Shown in pieces: positions 11,457 to 21,843 of a DNA stretch of 64,000 bases; within the stretch, counting starts at the first letter, position 1, and each line of letters begins with the position of its first letter. The DNA is from Marsupella aquatica. Its lineage: Eukaryota; Plantae; Marchantiophyta. The translations under genes were made by a program, and so were the position numbers. The stretch is from assembly GCA_973895155.1 (NCBI GenBank), contig OZ316899.1, positions 8,621,241 to 8,685,240 on the forward strand, in the 5' to 3' direction. Below the pieces are notes generated by a model, which had not been told where the DNA came from, made no database searches, and was given only the letters and a program-made list of their open reading frames with translations.

Positions 11457-11849
11457 TCAAAATATTACTTCCTCAAAGTCAACTCGCCCAAACATTTCTT
11501 GAACTCTTCTTTCAATTGGGAGTACACCATTGATGGGAGCAGCCTGATGAGATGAAAACCTGCTCGCAAACGGGAGCGAAGGAGAATCGACAATCCACAT
11601 AATGTTCTTCTCTCCAAGACTAATAGCCTCATCATACGGTAGAGCATGACGGTTCTGAAAAGTGGAAGTTTCAGTATCTTTGGACTCAATCCTTGACTCA
11701 TAAGAGCTGAAATGACTCTCCTCCGCATGAACTCGAGAAGGAAGGAACGCTGACTCCCACGCAACCAAGTCATTGTTTCTGGCCATGTTCAATAGGGCCA
11801 CAAGAAATGTCACCTTCCCCTCGATCTCACCAAACGCAAACAATGTCAA
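11457..11849 (-). CDS. Unknown accessory ORF fragment in the Mutator-like arm
   Basis: 130-codon open frame between the terminus and the MTase gene; no recognised motif. Confidence 0.35.
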   Translation of the reverse strand: MTLFAFGEIEGKVTFLVALLNMARNNDLVAWESAFLPSRVHAEESHFSSYESRIESKDTETSTFQNRHALPYDEAISLGEKNIMWIVDSPSLPFASRFSSHQAAPINGVLPIERRVQEMFGRVDFEEVIF

Positions 11850-12822
11850 ATGAGGTCATTCGTCCCTCAAAGGCCGGGGTATATACAAGCACTTATAGTC
11901 CAAGCGAGGGCTGGCTATGGCACAACAACGGACACAAACCAGATGGACGTTGGTCTCTGAAATGTATATTGATGTATTACTGACTTCATATGGTTTGTCT
12001 CATTTGGAGGACTGTTGTAAGACACGACAAAGACACAACGGACAATCACCCACAATAGAAGCAGGAATATATACCAACAATGAACCTCCATTTGGCAAGC
12101 GCGCGCCAGGCGCTGGTAAAAAACACCAATAATATAGAATCAATTTATAAGGACTCCCATCAAAGGAACTGAATACAAGTTTGTACTAGCGCCTGGCGCT
12201 GGTTAAAAATTTCCCCTAAAGTTCCAAAAAACGTCTCACGATTCTAAAGATTCTGAATTGTAATTTGTACTTTGTGACTTGTCTGTGGACACAACCTCGT
12301 CGTCTACATAAGGCTTTGGGAAAATTCATCAACATAAGGATTTTTAATGAACTTCCTATCAACACCCCTTTGTAGCTGAAGACCTTTGTTTTCCCAGCAA
12401 AGCATCCTTGTACTCTCAGCTTTCCTTGTGGCTTTCTCCGCATAGGAGGGAAGAACAAACGGTTTTTCTGGTGTTTCTATGTAGTGTCTGGCAACTCTCC
12501 TTTAGAGCTTGAAACACCTTTGAGCATTCCATTATGACCTGATGCAATGAGTTCCAACAAGTCAGGCACTTGTTTCAAGAACAACACAGAATTGGCATAA
12601 ATGGACGGGAATGGAGAACGGAGCTTACGAGTTTATGAACAGTACTCGAAAGAGTCATCACTATTGCTTTCATCAGGAAATGCATGAGCCTCTTCCTTTT
12701 CCTCCTCCGAGTGCCTCGTAGCTTGTTGCTCTCCACCTTCACTGGACTCATCATCATAATCAAAATTGAGAACCGATCAAAGCTTATCTCGCTTCTTTTT
12801 GTCGGTAGGAGGAACAAGAGGA

Positions 12823-13109
12823 GGTGGAAAGCAAGATTGAGGGGTACTGAATTTTCTCCTTTTTCTCCATTTCCAAGGATTTAGTCCTCCTAAAAGACAA
12901 GAGTCCCAAAGTGTTACATGGAATGGCTAGGATCTCTTAATCTTGAGTTAATCACATAAGGGAAGCCCCAATCTTCTTGGAAGTGTGTCCAACCTTTTTG
13001 GAAGTGCATTCAACCAAATCTTAATGATATTTCAGTCCTTTCTCTCTCCTTTTTTGAGCCAGTCCTTATTTCCTCCTTTGGTACCCCTCAATCTTGCTTT
13101 CCATGCACC
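12823..13109. mobile_element. MITE related to 6344-6712, inserted in the MTase gene
   Basis: TIR TGGAAAGCAAGATTGAGGGGTAC; AGGA (possibly AGGAGGT) on both flanks; same internal TTGGAAGTG units. Confidence 0.85.
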
Positions 13110-15586
13110 AGGAGGTAACACCTGAATCTCTTTGGGAGACAACAAATCCATGAAAACCTTTGAAGTAGTTTCAATAAAGTCTTTCCTATGTTCTATCGAG
13201 TACAAAGTGTCCGGAAAAATCTCCTGCAATGAAGGAGCTACCTGCCCCAATGGTCCAATCCATGAAAACATCACGAGGACGGGTGACAAGCTTGATGACA
13301 GATTGCATAAACCCAAGAGACAAACAAGCATTTCCAGCAAACTCCATCTGTGGGAATGGATCGGATTTGAGGGAAGGAAGTCTGATCAAATTGGTGATCA
13401 AGGGGTCTTCACTGATGGAGAGTGGATGGAATTTAGAGTCTTTGGGAATTTTATATTTCCCATTAATTTGGCCAAACATGTCTAGCCTGAGAGTAAACAT
13501 CTGTAGAAAGCAATCCAAAGTTTTAGTTGGCAAATCCAGGTTACACGATTGATAACTCAAAAGGGGAAAGAGCCAAGAAGAGATAATTACCTGATGGTCT
13601 GTCTTGGCAGCGTACATGGGAACATACATCACACCATTATGCGTACATATACATTGGAATCTTCTCGACTCCTGACAGGCAGCAATGACTTGAGACATGG
13701 GATTGTACTCCCCATTGTGTAGAATTGCAAGGACCCCATCGTCTGATAAAATGGATCCATGGATTTGAAAAAAGAACTAGCCATTGAGTGGTCTGTCATG
13801 TTCCATTTAGGAACCTTCTTGTCAAGGATTGTCGGTTTGAACCCAGTTGGAAGGTAAATGAAGCCTGCATCGACTCCAAACGATCTTTCCTTTCCACCCC
13901 TCACAACACCCTTCTCTTTGTATCCTGAATTTACTAGATCCTTCCCCCACTTCTCCACATTACTAACCCACTCTGGTTTCTCCTCTTTGTTGAAAGTCAA
14001 GTTGAAGAACTCAAATAGGCTTGACTCAACCATACAATGCCAAGACATTGTACTCTTGAAATTCCCAACTTCACGTTGGAGACCAGTTGCTGCAACACTC
14101 TCCGGCCCTTGAAGAAGGTCCTCCTTTGGTAACTCTTTGTTGCTTTTTTCTGGTACTTGTGGCGTTGACTGGAACAATTACCTTTGCTTTGTCGACAAAT
14201 TAATGGGGTCCAATCGAGCTCCCATGTTTGCTTCAGAAACTTTGGTGGTAGCATCCACTTTAGTATCTCCTGTCCCCGCAGTATTTGACTTCCTCCCTCC
14301 TAAATCAAGAGTAAGAGATGATACTTAGAAGCCGAATATTGAACAACACTAGCGCCACGTGCTGACCAAATGAAAATCACTACGTGCACTAGAACCGCAA
14401 CAGACTTAGTAATGCCATTTTCATTCCCAAGATAATTTAAGCCAGCGCCAGGTGCTGGCCAAAAGACCAACACAAATACTCACTTTTCCTCCCAGATTTA
14501 GTTGACTCGATGGGTACGTGCTGCCAACTTTGCATTCCCTTTTGCTTGAGGTTTGCGACTGCAGTCTACATGGACAATGGTTGTTTCACAAATAGTTTGC
14601 AAGTCTGTGGCAGACTTGTCGACATCGTCAAGCAGACCCTGCTTCATGTTGGAAACAATTTTGGCTAGAATGTGGGACTGTGAAAGCTTATGGAATGCAT
14701 CCTTCTCCCTCTGATCAGAAGGTGAATCCCATCTATTGGTATCTAAATACCATAGGCAATGAGTTCTCTCCCATTTTGTCATAGGTCTTGGCGGGAATAT
14801 GCCCTCCAATGGGTACATTGAATACAAATCAGCTATAGCATCATCCTCACTTATTGTAATCCACTTCATGAAAGCTGCGGGATATGCCCAGAAGAAATCA
14901 GGTTTGGTTACCTCCATGTGCATGTAGAACCGGTAGAGATACCTTTTAGCCCGCTTTTGGTTCTTTTGGGTGTAGTCTTCTTTGTCTGGGTACTTTGAAG
15001 GCCACATAGTGTGAAAGAACTTACTCTTCATGGAATCACCATATCTCTTGAACTCGTTTGTAACAAAATGAACAAGATCATCAAAGGAATCACACTTCCA
15101 CTCTTCCAATCGAGTCTCGGGAATGGTTTGCTCTACTTCACAAAGAGACGTCTGTAACATGCCAACAACAATTCCCTCCACACTATTCCAAGTGATCCAA
15201 GTGTGACACCATTGTTTCACTGGGTTGTCGTTAAATTGCCTCCGGAGCTCAGGATTGCAATGTGCCACAAGTAGGGTACTCCTCAACTTTGGGTCTGGTG
15301 CAAAGACCACGGTGAAAAATCAAGTGCAGTCCATTGTACATAACACGGTGTCGGGCTTCTTCTCTCTCTTGTTTCTCTCTGTGACAACATACATTTTTGC
15401 ACATGTACTCAGGAAATCTTCAAATTCAGGACTTAACAATGGCGTAATTTTTGAACTCTTCACTGCCCAGTCTTTGGTTGAATCCTTCATCATTAAGGCA
15501 TGCAGTTTAGAAATCTCTTCCACTGACCAGGAACTCCTTTGAGCCTCGGCTGCATCCATGTTAAGCTTAGTGGTGGACCTTGCCAC

Positions 15587-17036
15587 CCAGCGCCCTCACC
15601 AATCCCAGCACTCACTAAGTGCCCCTAGTGCCCAAACGCCTCCACGGAATACCTCGAGCAAGTAAACTAGTGCCCCTTGCACCACCAGCGGCTCCACCCA
15701 TACGAAGTTGCACTTGCTCTCTAACACGACCGCTACTCAATGGTCCTCCCTATCTGCACAAGCAACCAAGCACCTTGGTAAGTAACCCTTCATGATCTAG
15801 AACTTGCCAAGTCTAGCATCCTACTCAAGCTCAACAGACGTTGGTAAATAGGTCAGCAATAGGTCCTCCCGATGCCATAAGCCGGACGTAGAACCCACGC
15901 CCACTGTCCATCTAGGACAGTTCCTTCCTTGGGCGCGGCCCGGGTTCCCCCTCATACCTATCCATCACCAATTGACCGCCCTGACCCCAGGGCATGCTCA
16001 TGGCCCAAATAGCGTAGCTTGTCCTAAAGCTTGTCCCAACACGCCGGGACCCGAATGGCCCTGACTCTAGCAACCAACTCCTGATTTGCCTCACTGATGA
16101 TCTAGGGGCTAAGCACCCTTGGAACTCAACCTCCACACCTACTTGGCCTTGCCGCCCCAATGCAAGCTCCCTTGGGAGACTGACGCGGCTTGGCTGCTGT
16201 TCGGCGGGATTTGGCAAGTGGGCGAGCTAACACCCACAAACCCTGAGAACCCATGGTTCCCCTAGACCCAGATGAGATCAGGAGGGCGTAGCCCTCCTCA
16301 AGAGCTTTCCAACGCACCCAAGAAACCCGCCAACGAACTTCCCGTTAGGAAGATATTGCCATTTCCATTTGGCGGTTTCCCTTAGTGTAGCGACCGCCGC
16401 GCTCACGACTTCGGCTCGCCCTTAGCCCCCAGGGAGACACCACTCCCCTCATATATGCATCTGGAGACCTGCCACCCCTGGACCAGCTTTGGTCCCTAAA
16501 CATTTGGCCCCCAACCCGGATTCTATCGCGCATAATGGGCGCGCCACCAACTAGCAATGCCCATAACTTTCTCGTTAGGCATCCACAAGCGGAGTGCCTT
16601 AGCCCATTGTGATCGGGCCAACCCAGTGCTCATGCCTAGGCCCTCGGGTCTCATTGCCGCTCGGGGCCCCCGACCGGCCCAACCCAGATCGGGCCATAAC
16701 TTGCGTCCGTTGCCCATGGCGTCAACTCCATTGGCCTTGGGCCCAAGAGGAGCTCACACCCAAGCCCTCAGAACTCAAAGTCCATCCGGAGGTCCGAATG
16801 GCCATCCTTGAGCCCGACCCATTTCCCCTTGACCCAACCAGCTATCAGCTAGTCCAAGTCCTTAGTGTGTGTCCCCAACTTGGCTCCTTGCCTTGCTAGT
16901 GCCACGTCTCATTGCCCACAAGTCTCCCCATGCTAAGTCCTCCCCGGATGGCCTATCCGGGCCTGGCCCATAAGGGAGCTCGGCGTCGGAGTCAGCGACG
17001 CCGAAACTAAGTGTTAAGGTAGTCGAGTTCCGCGAC
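15587..17036. mobile_element. Unclassified repeat Y, copy 2 (both ends defined)
   Basis: Its removal rejoins ...HQFKLV|ARSTTKL... of the minus-strand host gene; only a 2-nt AC overlap at the junctions; no TIR or LTR. Confidence 0.8.
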
Positions 17037-19271
17037 TAGCTTGAATTGGTGCAAATAAGACTTTATCTTATTCTCACATAGAATGTAAACAAGAGCTCCC
17101 TGTGGCATCTTCTTTGTATACCATGACCCCTTCCGAGTCTTCAGCCAAATGTTCTCAAACTTCTTTGAAATTGGCCGGGTCAATGAGTTTACTGTAATAC
17201 TTAAGGTCATGAGCCAGAATCCTTTTGATTCTATCTGCATCTAGGATCCAAGAGGGTTCAACAATGGCTTGTCCAAGCCTACAAGAACAAACGCAGTTTG
17301 TTAGAGTCAAATAAGAATTGACCTATAACCAGCGTTGAGCGCTCTTAAATCGAACACTCCAAGATTCAAGAAAGGAATCAGAGAAGTATGTGAACTTACT
17401 GATTGACGGTGTGCATAGCTGCTTCAATTTCAATCAGAGATCCCTTGTCTCCCTTAAAAATTGTACAGAGCACACGAGGATGGTACTTTGGATTCTCAGG
17501 GTTCTCCTCTGTAACAAGCGTCCATGAGTACTACCTGTGATTTCCGTCGAAGACAGAGAACATCTTATCCTTCAACACAAGAAAAAATCTGGATCGGCCT
17601 CAAACTCACTCTCCAATTGCCAGTGTAATTAGGTGATTATTCCAAAAGAAGAGTTAAAGTATCAAAACCATAAATTTTAAAGTTTTAAAGTTTTTATAAG
17701 CCACTTTAAGCAAAATTAAGTTAGTTTAAGCTCAAATGGGTAAGGATACCATTGGAAAACGTCAAGGCCACCCTGGTTTTCACATAGTAGGCATAAAGAC
17801 GACAAGAAGTTGAAAGAAGATTCAAAAATGAGATGCCGGCTTGGACGGCCTCCACACCCAGACGGCCAGGATGGCCTCCTCACAAAGACAGCAAAGACGG
17901 CGCCGGCTTGGACGGCCTCCACACAGGGACGGCAGGGACGACAACCATTTTTCTCCACAACGGCCCAACGACTCATCGGATGGCCCACATAGAAAATTTG
18001 AGGATGTGTTGGACGGCCTCTACATAGGGACGTCCGGGACGTCCACCCCGCCATGACCTAATTTGACGTCCGCGTTAGCCTGATCACTTTTTTCTTCTTT
18101 TCTTTGAGGGACGTCCATGGCGGCCGGCAGTAGGGCATGAGCTTTGACCCTTGATGCTCACTTGTTAGACCTCCATTCAATCTCATTCCACTTGCTATAG
18201 CAGCGCAACTGCCTAGAGATTGTTCACCCCGACTCTGAACTGCCATTGGTGAGACATTGAGGAGTATTGGGTCATCAATGCTCTCTGATTTCTTGGAAAT
18301 GAAGAAATTGCAAATTTGAGAGCTTCGCCTAAACATAACTCCTTTGTTTGTATCTCTTTTCAGTTCATTCCTTCTCCCACAGCAGCGCAACTACCTTAGA
18401 TCCCTGAGATTTCATTCTTGAGCCTCAATGCTTAGCCGTTTTTAGGAGGAGAGCTTTCGAGCTTTCTCAGATTTTCTGAGCTATGGCCACTAGAAGCTTA
18501 CCAATCAGTAAGGCCATTAGGGTGACCTTACCCCCAGGTCCTGAGGCTTACTTTAGACTCCTTAGTAACCTGGTAGAGATGGGCTTGAGTTCCTTACTTT
18601 TTCTTCCTTGGGATATGGTGCATAGGTCCATCATTGCCGATTTTCTTCGTCCACCCCAAGCTGGCGCTTTCCGGAGCTCTACTAGAGGTTCAACTGATGT
18701 TTGTACCGCCGCCATTGTTTTTGAGGTGTATCAGTTTGTGACACCACCGGTACGGCGGTTAATGAGTGATTCGGTCTAACTACGCTTAGCACACGCGTTA
18801 GGAGTGTCTTAGGCCGCTATTATTAGCATAACAACAGTATTTAGGTAATTATTATGGGTAGGACATCATTAGGCAATAAGGGGGAATTCAGGTTTGGACT
18901 GGCGGCGGGTCGCTATTCGCACACCCGGGTTACGAGCGTGGAGGGGCCCCTCCCTCGGGTCCGTATAACGTACTTAAGAAGCGGCCACTGACACGCGTTG
19001 ACTCAGACCGGCGGAGTGGCCGGTACACCACAAGCGTGAGCGGTTCAGCCTATGGGCGTCGAGGAGACGTCGGGGGATTGACAAGCCCTCAAGGTATAAA
19101 AGGGGAGCCAACCCTTTGTAGTGCACCAGTCCATCAGTCCACGCGCCAGCTTTGACCCCAGCTCTCTCGTTCGCTCTAAGTCGCCACTACTATCTCCTCT
19201 GAATGTCGCACACGATCCTCTCCAGCTCGGCCATTCGATTCTGGACGTAGTTCCTATCTACCGGAAGGCAC

Positions 19272-19640
19272 TTGGCCGACTCATTAAAACACGCCAACCC
19301 GCGCCGATACGAAATCGAACGCGAGTATGAGAGAGCCATCCGCCTAGCAGGACGACACCACTACATCCTTAACTTTGACTATCCGTCTCAGAGCGAGCTT
19401 TACCGACCAGCAGAAGTATCTGGGTACTTCTTCAACGGAGACAAATATATCGGTTTCTGGGAAGCATTGCTTTGGCTTCCGGACGAGGTCTTCAATATCC
19501 CGGGTACGATCGACTTGCAACGACATCACTTCGACCGCATCCCTGCTCAGGTTTGGGCTATCATCAACAGCGAGTCCAGCACTACCCGTTCGACAAGGTC
19601 GTCTGCACTCGCTTCGGAGAACTTCTACCAGCACCTATAG
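19272..19640 (+). CDS. Small unknown ORF inside LTR X
   Basis: 122 codons with globular-looking composition just downstream of the TATA box. Confidence 0.4.
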   Translation: MADSLKHANPRRYEIEREYERAIRLAGRHHYILNFDYPSQSELYRPAEVSGYFFNGDKYIGFWEALLWLPDEVFNIPGTIDLQRHHFDRIPAQVWAIINSESSTTRSTRSSALASENFYQHL

Positions 19641-19811
19641 AGCTTCATGGGAACTCGGCCATCAACCAACATGACCAACTCAGTTGAACCCGTACCCGTA
19701 CCCGTACCCATGCAACCTCAGACTTAGCTTCAGCTTCAACCTCAGTCGCAGCCTAGCCAAACCCCACCACCAATCGCCCAGCCAGCACAAGTACGCTCCG
19801 TCATCAACGCC

Positions 19812-21843
19812 GTGGATCTTAGCGATGACGACAAGGCTACCCCACCCTTGACCAGGCGGCCCAGAGGAACAAGCGCTCAGGGGGCCGACACTATATCGTC
19901 CCCACCCCCTGCTCTGACCCCAGGAGCGGCCCCGGCAGACAACATGGTGACCATGGCCGCCCCGGGCCCGTTACTAACGGCAGTGGCACTACCCAGGCCC
20001 GATCGGGAGGATGGGGAAGTGTCACCTTCCCCGAGCCAGTCACGGGGGAAGAAGAGGAAGGAATCCACCACTGCATCCGGGTTACCGTTGGCCACGGTAG
20101 CCGTAGCCAAGGTGACGATGCACCGCATGGGGGAAAACGTTCACAAAAACATCCTCCATCCCAAGCATGCGGTGTACCTGAAGACTCAGGGATTCGAGCA
20201 CCTCGCCTCCCTCCCCTGGAACAGTTGCAGGTACTATGGGGAGGACATGACGGAGTTCGTCAGGAATTATGACGACGCGCGTCAACATACTCGGCTGCGG
20301 GGAAGGAGTATGTCCCTCACGGAAGAACGGCTCAGGATGATCTTCGGGTTACCCGAAGGTGACCATCGAGTTGAATCACGGGCTCCCGGGGCAAGGGAGC
20401 CAAGTACCAATCTTCAAGTTTTCCCTCAGAGGGAGCAGTGGACAACGGGTTCGTGATGAAGACCTGCCTCATCCCCGAGATAGCTGAGCGACTGGAGTTC
20501 CAGAGGTACGCCCTCCACATGATGGAACCCCGGGGGGAGATCTCCGCCGCCCAAGTTATCCAGGTCGAGAACTATCGACCTAGGAAGTGGGCGTCGTACT
20601 TCGCTAAGAAATTCCATGAAGAGATGGAGCGGCGAAGGAAGACGTTGTACATTGGCGGGAAGGCGTATTTCGCTAGCCACATCGAGATCATTCTTGAGTG
20701 GTACGCCCGGTTTGATCGACGAACCCTTCCCCGTGTCAACGTTACAAAGCTGGTCCCAGCTAGGTGGGTTTTCCCGGCCTTGGAGAGACGGCCCCAACCC
20801 GAGGCCCGAAGTCCAGCGGACACGCCAGCTTCACCCACCCCACCTCCACAAGTAGCTGTAGTCGTAACCGAGGAGGTACCGGATGGGTCGGTTGTCGCAA
20901 CCGTTGATGCGACCCAACAAGCCGAGCTAAGTACAGAAGTCGGTACGGCGGAGGTCTTACCCGAGCCTGGGTCTCCCAAAGACCCACCGGTGGCTATTCT
21001 GGAGAACCGGACATTGCTGCAGGAGGACACTCCAGCCCCTTCCAACGTTACGTCCCCAGGGCTGGACGTCACTTCCCCGGCCCCCGCGCGTGTTGACGTC
21101 TGCCCGTGCCCAACTCCGGACAGGCACAACCTGGACCACCCGGAACTCTTCGTACGGGTACATTTCTGAACGGGCTTCTGGGAGATTTCTCTCATCAAAT
21201 TGCCCGGGATACCGGGGAGTTCATGGCCCGGAAGGTAGCCTGTTTCTTCAATCAGGAGTTGGTTGCCGCAGTAAAGGCAGGTCGGGCCCAGTCAGAGGCC
21301 CTTCAGAGGATAGAGCGGTACCGGGTGGAGTCCGTGTACCTAAAGAACAAAGTTGCGGCTCAAGAGGCTGAGCTTCTGCAACTACGACCCAAGGTTGCAG
21401 CCGCCGATGAGTTGTTAGCAAAGGCGCACGCTCTTACCGCCCTAGCCGAACAGGCCAAAGCTGGGAACGAGGCCGAGATTACACGACTCCGGAACCAGAT
21501 TGACAGTTTGAAGAATCAAACCGTCACCTGGCAGAAAGACCTGGAGGAGGCCGAGGAACGGGCCCAGCGGGACACGGCGGAGATAGCCACGCTGCAGGCC
21601 GAGGTGGCGCGGCTCCAAACCGAGGCCGAGAAGCATGACCAGCTGGCGGGTAAACTGACGAGCGACGCCCAGCAGCTGGAGGAGGCATGTCAGGAGGCAA
21701 CAGAGGAGACGGACGCGGCGAGGCGAGAGAACGAATCTCTGCTGGACCAGGTCCAGCTCCTCAAGGCGGACAATGACAGGCTTCGAAGGCAGCGGGATGG
21801 CCGCTCCCATTTGGGCGGCTCTGGCAAGCGTGCCAGGCATTAG
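19812..21843 (+). pseudogene. LTR-embedded ORF of family X (globular domain, Pro-rich linker, C-terminal coiled coil); two frameshifts
   Basis: Three overlapping ORFs; the copy at 62461-63994 is open across both breakpoints (RAPGGKGAKY; ELFVQGTFLNG). Confidence 0.75.

Larger units (their letters stand above)
12230..17623 (-). pseudogene. Multi-exon ParB/Srx-like (DGNHR) + beta-class N4C/N6A DNA methyltransferase-like gene, copy 1
   Basis: KMFSVFDGNHR at 17548-17534; GT-AG introns 17399-17279, 14483-~14325 and 13590-13501; VDAGFIYLPTG (motif IV-like, ~13875-13843); FLSDDGVLAIL; FMQSVIKLVTRPRDVFMDWTIGAGSSFIAG..GHFVL(G)IE..DFIE (motif X/I, 13310-13165); stops, frameshifts and two insertions. 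Confidence 0.75.

Noticed and set aside
16981-17040. Canonical Helitron 3' end (hairpin + CTAG)
   Set aside because: CTAG overlaps host sequence and is absent from the copy at 7180
12230-17623. Bacterial or phage contamination explaining the ParB-MTase
   Set aside because: Gene has spliceosomal introns and plant TE insertions
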